From Octopus vulgaris (Eukaryota), in contig OX597828.1 in NCBI GenBank assembly GCA_951406725.2, forward strand, positions 74,648,001 through 74,712,000: DNA of 64,000 bases. Direction: 5' to 3'. The translations under genes and the position numbers were made by a program. This document shows positions 24,693 to 37,564 of the stretch, one piece after another; the first letter of the stretch is position 1, and every line of letters starts with the position of its first letter. The notes beneath the pieces were generated by a model that worked only from the letters and a program-made list of their open reading frames with translations, was not told the DNA's origin and searched no databases.

Positions 24693-25176
24693 GAGAGAGA
24701 GAGAGAGAGAAAGTAGGTGTAATTAAGTAAAACTGTAAACCTATTGAACGTACTGTACATCTTATCGAAAAGACCATTGTTGTTAGTGTCTGAAAATTAC
24801 ATTAAGTGTACTCCAGTCTCTGGAATACTCCGCCAATCACTATTTTTCTAAACATAGGCTTTTCAGTTGATCAAATACCTTAAATATTCATCGCTGGAAG
24901 CGACAGAGGCTCCTTTTATTCTTAAAAAAATTTTTAACAAAAAACTGTGCAAGTCTTCAACGGATTTCCTCCTTCCGGTTCTGTCTCTACAAGATGGCTG
25001 ACAGAAACATATGTGAAATAAATTAACAATAAAAATAAATATTTCCTGCATTTTGCATAAAACACTGTTATTTACGGATTAAAATGGTAAGCAGCGAAGA
25101 AAGAATAATTAGATTCTTTTTTTGTTATCGGTCTTCGCTATTTTGGTCGTGGGTGCCATTACTCATTTTGTGTGTA

Positions 25177-25231
<55 letters not shown>

Positions 25232-25256
25232 ATATATAAATGTATATATATATACG

Positions 25257-25302
<46 letters not shown>

Positions 25303-25315
25303 CGTATATATGTAT

Positions 25316-25361
<46 letters not shown>

Positions 25362-25765
25362 AGCGTATACACACACACACACACCACATTTAGATTAACA
25401 CTATATGTGATTCTTGGAACGGGTGTGTATGATACAGTATGTTGATTTGCGTGCGAGTGTCTGTTTATAGACATATATAGACATATATACATACATGTTT
25501 GTGTGTGTATTTATTATACACACAAACGCTTTTACATAAATATTCATCTTGTATAAACAGTAGTCGTTAACTGCGCGCACATAAGCGCGCGTACACGCAA
25601 AGACATATATAAGTGCGACTTTGGGGAAATTTTTGCGCACACACACACACTGTATGTATGATTCATCAATCTCGGAAACTGAAGAGAATATATGTGAAAG
25701 AGGACGATGAAGGGTAACTTCTGAAATAACTGAAGTCGAAGCTCTGACTTGTAGCCTCAGCGGCA

Positions 25766-25796
<31 letters not shown>

Positions 25797-25801
<5 letters not shown>

Positions 25802-26409
25802 CAATAAAAATGGTAAATAATTTTCCTGTGGTTTATCATGTAACCAACAATTATTTACCGGTAAATTTCGGTATGTAAATACGACAAATTAATTGTCAAG
25901 ACCTTTGTAAGGTTCAGTATATAGTAAAGAAAAAATAAGAAGGTTAACAGCAGGCTGTTTCACCTCATACCGAAGGAATTAGAAATGGCAGTCAAAGACC
26001 GTTTTTCCAATTTCTATAAGTGGAGAATCCAAAAAACGAAGGCCCTGACAATTAATTTGTCGTATTTACATACCGAAATTTACCGGTAAATAATTGTTGG
26101 TTACATGATAAACCACAGGAAAATTATTTACCATTTTTATTGAATTACCATGTGGATTCCTCATTCCATTACGATTACCCAGAAAGCGCGCATGGCAGAA
26201 TTTTGGAGGGAAAATTTACGTTCCCAGTCGCCACTTAGTTTTAACATCTGCACTCTTCCCCCCACTATCTGATGTCGCTGGGTCAGAAGTGAAGGCTAGT
26301 GGCATTTAGTAAAGCTATCGAATATAGCGCCGATGACGGAATTCAAACTGATTTCCACGTTTGCGATCCAGAAACATATGTCCGCTATTAACGGTAAGTG
26401 ACTGAATTC

Positions 26410-26410
<1 letters not shown>
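25797..26410 (+). mobile_element. Young Penelope-like element fragment in (TA)n: inverted pseudo-LTR copy, GIY-YIG-like C-terminus and hammerhead
   Basis: Perfect 102-bp inverted repeat 25797-25898 / 26046-26147; peptide EFWRENLRSQSPLSFN (26198-26245) resembles the PLE endonuclease end ExFWxxxLxTxxPxGLN; hammerhead downstream; (TA)n on both sides. Confidence 0.8.
26324..26388 (+). ncRNA. Minimal type I hammerhead ribozyme (PLE type, U4C core variant)
   Basis: Stem I ATAGCG/CGCTAT; CCGATGA 26330-26336; stem II GGA..AAAC/GTTT..TCC; GAAA 26371-26374; palindromic stem III ACATATGT; GUC triplet with predicted cleavage after 26382. Confidence 0.75.
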
Positions 26411-26462
<52 letters not shown>

Positions 26463-26477
26463 CGTGTGTGTGTGTTC

Positions 26478-26620
26478 GTTGTTAGCGACGGAAGCAGTAT
26501 TATTTCAAAATAGCACTCCGTGTATCGAACTTAACGTGAACATACTGTAGAAAGCCAGAAAACTGGTATTCGAAACGAGAAATAAACGTATAGTGCTAAA
26601 AAGCACAGAAATGCATCAGC
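26478..26620. repeat. Fragment of old palindromic MITE-like family
   Basis: TACTGTAGAAAGCCAGAAAACTG and TTCAAAATAGCA blocks match the reverse complement of 40340-40485. Confidence 0.65.
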
Positions 26621-26717
26621 AGCAGATGAAAAGCATCCAGCAGCGGTCACTGAATTGCTTAATTTAGATTTCTGCTTCCTGAGCATCATCAGTAGCCAGC
26701 ATCCACTGTGTGTGCGA

Positions 26718-26749
<32 letters not shown>

Positions 26750-27182
26750 ACGCATGCATGCATGCATGCATGCATACATACATACATACATACATACATA
26801 CATACATACATACATACATACATACATACATACATACATAAATAAAAGTATAAAGAAAGGTTGAAAATGTTATTGGAGTTTTTAAAATGATTTGTCTGAA
26901 TTAATTTAACCGGTTTCTTATTTTCATGATTTTCAAAATTAGTATGAGATGGAAAGACCTGGAGGACAAGGCTTAGGGAAGTACGGCATAGGTCCAAGCC
27001 TCTCCATCTGAAACCCGTGATAATCTAAGACAGAATACGGAATTAACGAGATTCTCTATTCAGAACCACTACAATTGTTTCGACGCATTCGTGCATGAAC
27101 TACAAATGCAAGATTGCGTCGAGGCAGTTGCAGTGGTTTTGAATAACAAATCTTGTTAATTCCGTATTATGTCTGTGATGTA

Positions 27183-27226
<44 letters not shown>

Positions 27227-29004
27227 TATTTGGCACAATTTTAGCTGTTTTTTCCTCTCCAAAGATTGAGGAACCGAAATAACTGCTTCTAACTGACCCA
27301 TATTGATCTCCGAAGGAAACAAATACTCTATTAAACATTATGCAAGTATAATTAAGACGGTCATTAGTATTAAAATAGTTCATGTGCGAAGCATTAGGAA
27401 GCTAAACTAATTATTTGGTAAGAGAGAAAATAAAAAGCAACATTTGTTAATAATTAATGGTACTTTGTGTTATCTAATTCCTTAATAACATCTTTTTGTG
27501 TCATCAGTACAAATACAGACGAAGTTAATTTAACTTTTTATTTATGGAGGGTTGGTGAGTTAGGTTTAGCGCTGGTTATAACTACCCACACCTCTTCACT
27601 GAGGCATTGGGCTTATTTCAGAAATCAAAATTGGTTTAACACGTTACTGGAACTTTCTGATGACGCTAAATATTTTTGGTCATACCACATACTGTTAAAT
27701 TACAAGGAAATGTTTTGGGTTTTATCATTTTTTTGTGACATTTTCATAATATTTCATTATTAAACTTTAATATTTAGCACTCATGTTATTTAAATATCTT
27801 CGAAACCAAGTCAAAGATGCAAAATGGAATATTTTTTCAAATTATTAAAAACATACCACCGATGGTGAAATATGGCGGCTGCGTGAAGTTTGCGATGAAC
27901 CACTGGTAGCACATGTGGCGGTTAACGTATTAATTAGTCCATGGTAGTAGTGTAGCTTAATGGTTCAGAAGTTAGCTTCGTAAACATTAGATCCCCTGTT
28001 CGATTCCAGCACAAGACAACAAGGGTAAGTGAATTTTACTACAGTCTCGAGTCGACCCAAGTCTTGTGAGTCAAGTTGGTTGAAAACGATGAAAACTGAA
28101 TAGAAGCCCGTTATGTGGATTGTACCAGTAAGTCAAAACGTCAATTCTTGTTACATACAGTGTCATGCTGATACTCATCGAGAAGTACGCTAAGAGCACA
28201 TTTGTCCGTGGAATACTCAACCACTTCACACGCCACAGCTAATCGGACTGAACGCTCATCGTCGAAAACAGTAGACGATCCAGAAAATTAGTTGGACGAC
28301 TTCCGCAAGTGGGGCAGACAACTCTATACCTTTTCCAGCCGCATTACAACCTCACCAGCGAGGTGTGTACAACGTATTTACTGAAGTAATAATAAAAGAC
28401 TCACGTCTCTGGATTATGCCGAAAGAGGAAGGCAATAATCACATCGCTTGGCAACCTCGGCCAAAAATCCCTGTTCATTATTTAGTTATAGAGCGAACAT
28501 TTCGGTGGATGATGATAAGAATTATGGCCGTGAAATCATTATTTTATGACAGAAAAATGACATTAAAAAGGCGATAAATTAGACTTAACAATTCCCTGAA
28601 AGATTATCTTTGATTTACGACAAAACAATCTGTTATGATAAAATCGATATCCAACAGTACAGGGCTTCATGTGTCGTCTGCTTTACATGGGTTTAGACTG
28701 TCTGTGTGTGAGTGTGTGTGTGTGAATATGTATGTGTGTGTGTGTGTGAGTATTTGCGTGTATGTGCATGTATTCATACGTTTTGGGATTGTAATAAATG
28801 CAGTGAGTGTATATAGGCGCGCTTGTATGCGGATGTGAGAGAGGGGGGAATGTGCATGTGTACACATACGTGTTCTTGGATTTTAATAAATGCAGCACGA
28901 GTGTGTATAGAGATGCGTTTGTGTGCGGCTGTGTGTGTGTATAAGTATTCATCCTTCGCTTCAAATATACTGGATATTTGTGCGCCATGTTTGTATGTAT
29001 GTGA

Positions 29005-29700
29005 GAGTGAGTGAGAGAGAGAGAGATGTGTGTGAGTGAGAGAGAGATGTGTGAGTGAGAGGGAGAGAGACGTGTGTGACTGAGAGGGAGAGAGACGTGT
29101 GTGACTGAGAGGGAGAGAGACGTGTGTGACTGAGAGGGAGAGAGACGTGTGTGAGTGAGAGGGAGAGAGACGTGTGTGACTGAGAGGGAGAGAGACGTGT
29201 GTGACTGAGAGGGAGAGAGACGTGTGTGAGTGGGAGAGAGACGTGTGTGAGTGGGAGAGAGAGAGAGAGATGTGTGTGAGTGAGAGAGAGAGAGAGAGAG
29301 ATGTGTGTGAGTGAGAGAAAGAGAGAGATGTGTGAGTGAGAGGGAGAGAGATGTGTGTGAGTGAGAGAGAGAGATGTGTGTGAGTGAGAGAGAGAGATGT
29401 GTGTGAGTGAGAGAAAGAGAGAGATGTGTGAGTGAGAGGGAGAGAGACGTGTGTGACTGAGAGGGAGAGAGACGTGTGTGACTGAGAGGGAGAGAGACGT
29501 GTTTGAGTGAGAGAGAGAGAGAGAGACGTATGTGAGTGAGAGGGAGAGAGAGACGTGTGTGAGTGAAAGAGAGATGTGTGTGAGGGAGAGAGAGATGTGT
29601 GTGAGTTAGTGAGAGAGAGAGAGAGAGGTGTGTGAGTGAGAGGGAGAGAGACGTGTGTGAGTGAGAGGGAGAGAGAGATGTGTGTGTGTGAGTGAGAGTG
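29005..29700. repeat. Minisatellite, ~24-bp GTGTGTGA(C/G)TGAGAGGGAGAGAGAC unit
   Basis: Directly visible tandem array built from GT and GA dinucleotides. Confidence 0.92.
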
Positions 29701-29741
29701 TATGTGCGTATCTCTACATGTGCTTGTGTATGTTATGAACG

Positions 29742-29788
<47 letters not shown>

Positions 29789-30526
29789 GTCTACGTACGT
29801 ATGTTTATATGTCCTTGAGCACGTATGTATGTGAATTTGTATATTTGTTTGTGAGTGTGTGTATTTATAAGTATGCGTCGTTTGCTTCCATTATTGTGGA
29901 TGTTTGTGTATCCATGAATGTATGAGTGTAAAGAGTGCATATATTGTGTGTGTGTGTGTGTGTGTGAATGAGTGAGCATGCGTGCGCATGGGTATGGGTA
30001 TGTGTGTGTGTGTGTCTTGCTCTAGCTGACATTTTCGATGACATTTCAATTATTTTTCCGCTTTCAAAATAACTGAAAATGTTATTTATTAATGGATTAT
30101 AATTATATAATCATTATTAAAATTACTGCGTCACCGAAGACTGTATCTTAGGATTCATGAGTTTCATTCTCGGCAATGATTTACCTAAGCCAAATTCTGA
30201 CCCTTTCAGTCCTTATCGTTACAAAATTCTTAAGATTTAATATTCCATGTCATTACAACCCACGAAGTGAGTCGGATCAACTTCGGTAATTCCAAGTGCA
30301 GACAATTGGCCGATTGGACAATACTTTAAAGATTTGACCAATCCATTACTATAATAATAATGATGATGATTTCACATTTTGGTACTAGGCCAGAAAGATT
30401 AGGGAAGGAATTGGACTGTCGGCCTATCAAGCAGTGGCGGGGGACAAACAGACACAACTATATGTGTGTGTGTGTGTGTGTGTGTATACGACAGGCTCCA
30501 CGTGTGTGTGTATATACGTGTATATA

Positions 30527-30822
30527 TCACGTGATCGCGTGACTGACCAGACAATCAGATGTTGCTACACATCGCTGGTCACAATGCGTTCGCATTGTTT
30601 TAGCCTTTGAACGACGCCACCCCGCTGGCTAAGCGAGCAGGCCAACTGAAGAAAGTGGGAGAAAGAGTACAGCAGGGATCACCCCCCACCCTGCCGGAGC
30701 CTCGTGGAGCTTTTTAGGTGTTTTCGCTCAATAAACACACACAACGCCCGGTCTGGGAATCGAAACTGCGATCCTCCGACCGCGAGTCCGCTGCCCTAAC
30801 CACTGGGCCATTGCGCCTCCAC
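30527..30822 (-). mobile_element. OR1-like SINE with tail type ii
   Basis: Same head as 23484; tail shared with 37565; flanking 16-bp direct repeat ACGACAGGCTCCACGT at 30488 and 30871. Confidence 0.88.
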
Positions 30823-30874
<52 letters not shown>

Positions 30875-31865
30875 CAGGCTCCACGTATATATACATTTCG
30901 AAAATTAGTATTTATTTCATCTCTTTGTATAAGTACCAAAAAATTTTAAACATTAATTATTGTAATTCATGCATTCTAATATTATCCCTGGTGGAGAGAG
31001 TATGCTTCCAGTGTAACCCATCACATGATGTGTCTGAGTATGCGCGTGCGGCTGAGTGTGTGTGTGTGTACCGTGTGTGTGTGTACCGTGTGTGTGTGTA
31101 CCGTGTGTGTAGTGCGTGATGATCGCCTCAAATTGTCGGATGATCGCCGTCTAACACTCTGCCTAATTGTCCCGATTTTCTTCCGTCCTGCATGTACGCG
31201 ATTAGCCACGAATATATCGGCGTAGGATATTAAAAATTACAAAACGGAACAAGAAATGAAATGACACGAGGCATACGGGCGTCCTTGGATTGAAGTGACA
31301 AAAGCTTGTCCTACACTTTTGCCACTCTCTCGATCGCCATTTTAAATTCCAGTGACAGACATTTCAAGATGATTAAGATTGTTTTGACTAAAATTTGTAT
31401 GTCAGAGTATCTTTCTCCAAAAAAAGCTGCCTTCCCTCTGGTCTTCGTGAAAAAAAAAAAAAAAAAAGAAAAGAAAAATGGGCGCCTCCTCTGCGCTGAG
31501 AAATCTATTTAACTTATGGACGGGACCCAGACAGCTGCTACCGTTCCAGGTTAGAACGGACCTGGGCGAAATGGTAAGTATGGGGTGATTCTACGCTCTC
31601 CGGAATTCCCAAACCGGAACCTCACAACCGGATGCAATTTAATATCATATCTAGGACACTCGCACACAGATGTTACAGTTTGTCAATGGAAGAGGATGAA
31701 GGAACACAAAAACCTCGTGTAGCATATGATATTGATACACGCTGACTTCTTTATTTCGTGTCTCAAACCACTACGATCATAAAATCTTAATTTAATTCGA
31801 ATTTTATAAGATTTCACTTTGTGCAAAAATAAAGACATTGGAAAATAGACCGGTTTTGTCAGATC

Positions 31866-32062
31866 TAGTACAAGGGCAGCTTGGGGGAGGTGATTAAGTC
31901 GATTACATCGACCCCAGTGCGTAAATGGTACTTATTTAATCGACCCCGAATGGATGAAAAGCAAAGCCGACCTCGGCGGGATTCGAACTCAGAACGTGGC
32001 GACGGGCGAAATACCGCTAAGAATCTCGCCCGGCGTGCTAAGGATTCTGCCACCTCGCCGTC
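31866..32062 (-). mobile_element. Family N SINE
   Basis: Full head and core on minus strand. Confidence 0.88.
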
Positions 32063-32140
32063 TTTACATCTGTGTAACAATGTTTTCTACTCTGGGCCCA
32101 AGGCCTTGAAAACTTCTGGAGAGAGGGGCTAGTCGATTAT

Positions 32141-32339
32141 GTGAGTGTGTGTTGCCCCCCCCCCAACATCGCTTGATAACCGATGCTGGTGTGTTGACGT
32201 CCCCTTCACTTAGCGGTTCGGCAAAAGAGACAGATAGAATAAGTACTAGGATAACAAAGAATAACTTCTGGGGTCGATTTGCTCGACTAAAGGCGGTGCT
32301 CCAGCATGGCCACAGTCAAATGACAGAAACAAGTAAAAA

Positions 32340-32342
<3 letters not shown>
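32141..32342 (+). mobile_element. Family A SINE, 3' half
   Basis: Matches 3' half of 39751-40195. Confidence 0.88.
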
Positions 32343-32382
<40 letters not shown>

Positions 32383-32641
32383 CTGTGTGTCTTTTAAATT
32401 TGTTTACGTGAAACGTTTTAAACATGCAAATTAAGCTTCCGTTCCATTATGCCGGCCACAGTCTAATGATGCTGACTGGTGAACCAGTTTTAGGTTTTAG
32501 GTAAGGTTGCATCGAGCTGTACCGATGTAATGTTCGATGAATATAGTAATAACAATAATTGTCCTTCGACGCGATTCATAAACATTTAATGTATCACATG
32601 GCATTAAATGGTCATGAATTCCATCCAAGGATTTTTTTTAT

Positions 32642-32701
<60 letters not shown>

Positions 32702-32702
<1 letters not shown>

Positions 32703-32891
32703 TCTTTTACTTGTTTCGGTCATTTGACTGCGGCCATGCTGGAGCACCGCCTTTAGTCGAGCAAATCGACCCCAGGGCTTATTCTTTGTAGGCCTAGTAC
32801 TTATTCTATCGGTGTCTTTTGCAGAACCGCTAAGTTACGGAGGACGTTAACGCACCAACACTGGTTGTCAAATGATGGTGGCGAGACAAAT

Positions 32892-32925
<34 letters not shown>

Positions 32926-33122
32926 TGATAGAAATGGTAAGACCACAAAAGAATGAAAGATACCTCAACATGTAATTAGAGGGATTTATCTGTACATGTA
33001 ATATGTGACAATTATTCGGTAGCCAAGATGAAACTCCGAAAACTCAGAGTTTTATCATGGCTACTGAATCATTGTCACATATTACATTTACAGATCTATC
33101 TACAGATCTATCTATCTATCTA

Positions 33123-33156
<34 letters not shown>

Positions 33157-33310
33157 AGATAAGAAAATGGAGAAATACTGTCTACCAAATCCACTCACAA
33201 GGCTTTGGTCGGCGCGAGACTATTGTAGATGACACTTGCCCAAGGTGTCACGCAATGGGACTGAACCCGGAACCATGTGGTTGGGAAGCAAGCTTCTTAC
33301 CACACAGCTA
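32702..33310 (-). mobile_element. Family A SINE split at its internal microsatellite by a fold-back insert
   Basis: 3' half 32702-32890, 5' half 33179-33310. Confidence 0.82.
32925..33095. mobile_element. Fold-back insertion, probable PLE pseudo-LTR relic
   Basis: 49-bp arms 32988-33036 / 33047-33095 (5 mismatches), 10-nt loop; AATGGTAAGACC shared with the 6011 element. Confidence 0.65.
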
Positions 33311-33875
33311 TATACTATCATCATCATTATTATTTTATTATTATTATTATTATTATTGCCTTGTGCCTAGAGTAGAAAATATTATTATTATTATTGTTGA
33401 GTGAGAGAGTAGCGCATGCCATCAAAAATATACGAAGCTCAGTATACCCATCGTGACTACCCGTCTGATAAGGGTACATCAGACTCATGCATCACAACCA
33501 CATGTGCGCGACATGGTGATATTATACCAAAATAAACAGCGCATAACCTTGCAGGTGGGGCCCAGTTAGAATTTTCTTCAGGTCGAGTAGCCCATCCTGC
33601 TCAAAAGGTCCCTCAATAAGGGTTGTTTAAGGATGTTGAACAAAACACTCATGTTCCCAGAGGTGAATTATCCAAACCCCAAAGAATCCCTCTCAACACA
33701 TGGCTGTGATGCTCCCCCACTATTTCTGCTCGTTATCAGAGATGCACATATCGTCAACCACTAAGGGACATGCTCAACTGGCTAAGGTCAAACAACTGAC
33801 AAGCAAATCTGTGGTATTGAGCAGAATATTTGCTGTAGCCCATCTTTTATACCAAGATGAAACAATGTGTGTGTG

Positions 33876-33939
<64 letters not shown>

Positions 33940-34302
33940 CCAAGTTCAGACGAACCCTGATGGCCACCACTTAGAAATAGAGAGCCAATTAAGTCAAAAT
34001 ACACATTTTATTTAATGTTTTTTGGTTGCAGACTTGCGGATGTACCAAGTTACGATAACGAAATACATTTATCTTTGCATGGATGAAGGAAGGAAGGAAG
34101 GCAGATAGACAGACAGACAGACAGATATACATAAGTTTATATCAGTCACGGAAGACTGAAGCTCGCGGAACGTTCTGAATATCAGAACTAACAAAAAAAT
34201 TACCTCGCATAATTTTAGTGGTGTGGCCCGATATTAAAAATGAAAAAAAAGAAAAATACCCCTGATTGGTTAGTATATAAAGACATAAATACACACATGG
34301 TT

Positions 34303-34359
<57 letters not shown>

Positions 34360-34687
34360 TTATAGCGAGAAATTGTGATGAGTCAGAAGAGGAAACAAAA
34401 CAAGTGTTGACTGTTTAAAATCCTGATCAAGAAACGGTGATTCAGTTGGTTCTTTCTCGTTTGGTTTATCACGATTTAGGGAGTGATAGCAGGAGATGCA
34501 GGTGAATACTGCACCTGTACAGATCGATCGTTACACACACACACACACACACACACAGTGTCTGTGGAGAGTCATTCTGTTTTAATGCCTTATCAATTAA
34601 CACACCGGTTCGATTGTGTGTGTGTGTGTATTGGAGGATGGTGATTCATTGCATCACTAATCAAGGTGTGTCTGCCTGTCTATTTCT

Positions 34688-35226
34688 CACACACACACAC
34701 ATACATACATACATACATACATACATGCATACATACATGCATACATACATATATGCATGCATACATACATACATACATACATACACACATACATACACGC
34801 ATACATATATGCATGCATGCATGCATACATACATACATACATACATGCATGCATGCATAAATACATACATACATACATACATTCATAAATACATACATAC
34901 ATGCATGCATGCATGCATAAATACATACATACATACATATATGCATGCATACATACATACATACATACATACACACATACATATATGCATGCATGCATAC
35001 ATACACACATACATATATGCATGTATGCATACATACACACATACATATATGCATGCATGCATACATACACACATACATATATGCATGCATGCATACATAC
35101 ACACATACATATATGCATGCATGCATACATACATACATACATACATACATGCATGCATGCATGCATGCATGCATACATACATACATACATACATACATAC
35201 ATACATAAACACATACACACACACAC
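34688..35226. repeat. Compound (ATAC)n/(ATGC)n satellite with ~28-bp higher-order unit
   Basis: Directly visible. Confidence 0.93.
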
Positions 35227-35250
35227 AGGTGAATACGATACATTTAAGCA

Positions 35251-36514
35251 TCGGGTCATCCCATAAGTTCTATCCGAATTTTGAATAAAGAAAACAAGTG
35301 ACCAAATGTTATATTTAATTGAAATTTAATCATCAATGTACTTTCCCTGATTATCTATGACTTACTTCCATCTATTTACAAGCTTTTTATCCCATCAATG
35401 TAAAACTCTTTTGGTTTCAAAGTAAAGAACTCTGAAATGTCAGTTTCGACCTCCTCCTGGCTTGCGAAGGTTATGTCCCCCAAATGATTCTGTAAACTAC
35501 GAAACAAATGGTAGTCTGAAGGAGCAAGGTCGGGAGAATAAGGTGGATGAGGAATTTTTTCCCAACCAAGCTCTTTGATCTTCCGTGATGTGATCTTTGC
35601 AGTGTGGGGTCACGCATTGTCCTGGTGAAACATCCCTCCTTTTCGATTCACTAAAGCGGGTCTTTTGTTGGTTCAAAGACTAATTGCTGACAGTAGACTT
35701 GAGCATTGATCGTTGCATTAGGTGGTAACAATTCAACGTGAATTACTCCTTTGCAATCTCACCAGATAGAGAGAAGAGCCTTTTTCCCATGGAGTTCCCT
35801 TCTCGGTTGTGGTTGAGCCTTTTCCCTTTTACCAAGCCACTGTTTACGACGTTTAACATTTCGATAGAAGATCCAATTTTCGTCACCAGTCACAAATCTA
35901 TCCAAAAAGGGTGAAATGAGTTTGTGAGAATGAAGAGAAGAGCAGATGTCAACTTGGGATTTGCTGTTGCTTTCGGACAATTCATGAGGCACCCATTTTC
36001 CAAGTTTAGGAACCTTTCCAAATTGTTGAAGATGACAATGAACAGTTGTATAACTAAGCTTTATTGCCAATTCTTCAACTGATAATGCAGGATTTTCTTC
36101 TAGTAATGCCTCAAGGAGCTCATCATCAAACTCAACTGGACGTCCTGTTCGATCTTCATCTTCAAGGCTAAAATCTCCACTTCTGCATTTTGCAAACCAT
36201 CTTCTGCAAGTTCTTTCTTTCAAGCATTCTTTCCCATAAACTTATTGTATGTTTCGAGTCGCTTCGGCTGTAGAGTTTCCTTTTTTTTTGTACTCATAAA
36301 GCATTATGTGCCTCAGATGCTCTTTGGATACTTTCATGTTAGAAAGGGTTTTAATCAAAGAAATTTTAATTCTATTATTCTATAAAATATCTAATTAGTT
36401 TAAATGAACACAAATGCATAAAAATAATTTTTATTTCCATTAGACATTCTAAAATACTATTAAATTTCAATTTAAAAAAAGATAAAATCGGACAGAACTT
36501 ATGGGATGACCTGA
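35251..36514 (-). mobile_element. Full-length decayed mariner (Tc1/mariner DD34D) transposon
   Basis: TIRs TCGGGTCATCCCATAAGTTCT / AGAACTTATGGGATGACCTGA; TA at right end. Confidence 0.95.
35326..36337 (-). pseudogene. mariner transposase pseudogene
   Basis: MKVSKEHLRHIMLYE.., WVPHEL, VTGDENW, HQDNA*PH, PHPPYSPDLAPSDYHLF, ..GKYIDD*; stops and frameshifts. Confidence 0.93.
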
Positions 36515-36830
36515 TATATACATGCATGCACACAACATGGATGGATGGATGGATAGATGGATGGATGGATGGAGGTTCCATTGAGTTAGGTACTTAAATT
36601 GTTAGGTCGGTATAATCCGCACACCCAAACAATATTAACTGAATATTGAATATCAAAACTCTGTAGGGGTGTTTGCATCTGATATTCCTGCTGTGTGTGC
36701 AGACAATGCAGCCCAGCTGAGTGAAGAGATCCGCTCTTGGTAGCTCAGACATGTACTTTATATATTCTCTCTAGTATTCCAAGGTAAGTGAATAAAATAT
36801 AAATGAGCAACGAAGATGTACAGGTGTCAA

Positions 36831-36915
36831 TTCATTTCAGCCGTTTCAAGCGACTCCTTTAATTGATTAATGAAAATATTACATCATTTGAAAGAAACCG
36901 TTCTCGTCAGATGAA
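36831..36915 (-). ncRNA. Degenerate type I hammerhead ribozyme
   Basis: TTCAT-CTGACGA-long stem II-GAAA-CGGCTG-AA-ATGAA; stem I perfect, U16.1 mutated to A. Confidence 0.55.
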
Positions 36916-37168
36916 GGTAGAGACTTCAGACACAGAGGATAAAACCACTGCTTTAACATAGTCACATCAATGATGCAACTCAAACTATTTATAATGAATA
37001 CCTTTGTCAAGTCTACTATAATTTAGAGACTCGACAAGGTATGCATTACTTTCTAAACTCATTCTGACGAGGATATGACAACAGATACAATGTAAATATT
37101 TTGAGTTCCATTATTGATGGGAAAACGTTAAAGCGGTGGTTTTATCCTCCATGTTTGAAGTCTGTGCG

Positions 37169-37253
37169 GTCATCTGACGAGAATGGTTTCTTTCAAATGA
37201 TGTAATATTTTCATTAATCAATCAAAGGAGCCGCTTGAATCGGCCGTGATAAT
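37169..37253 (+). ncRNA. Degenerate type I hammerhead ribozyme
   Basis: GTCAT-CTGACGA-stem II (GAATGGTTTCTTT/AAAGGAGCCGCTT)-GAAT-CGGCCG-TG-ATAAT; GAAA and cleavage triplet mutated. Confidence 0.5.
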
Positions 37254-37564
37254 TTGACACCTGAACATCTTCGTTGCTCTTTTATATGAATATATATATA
37301 TATATAAAGATTAGCAGTTCAGCAAAAGAGACGGACTGAATGCCGGGCTTATAAATATTAGTATTTCCTCTTCCAGAACAATTCACTCCACTTCAATCTT
37401 TATCTATTCCGATTCTTGCTGTCGCAGATCAGGAATTACCAATTCCAGTAACTATACTCATGTGAGTGAGTGTATTATTGTGTTTGGGTGCGTAGGCATG
37501 TGTGTATGTGCATGCGTAGGCATGTGTGTGTGCGTGTGCGTGTGCGCGTGTGTGTGTGTGTTAT

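Larger units (their letters stand above)
36797..37287. mobile_element. ~490-bp diverged fold-back with mirror-image hammerhead relics (PLE-like)
   Basis: Long imperfect inverted arms ending at (TA)n; CTGACGA cores at 36904-36910 (minus) and 37174-37180 (plus). Confidence 0.7.

Noticed and set aside
33400-33865. 465-bp complex sequence between (ATT)n and (TG)/(TA)n
   Set aside because: Probably a dispersed repeat, but only one copy is in the window and no diagnostic ends or ORF allow a call
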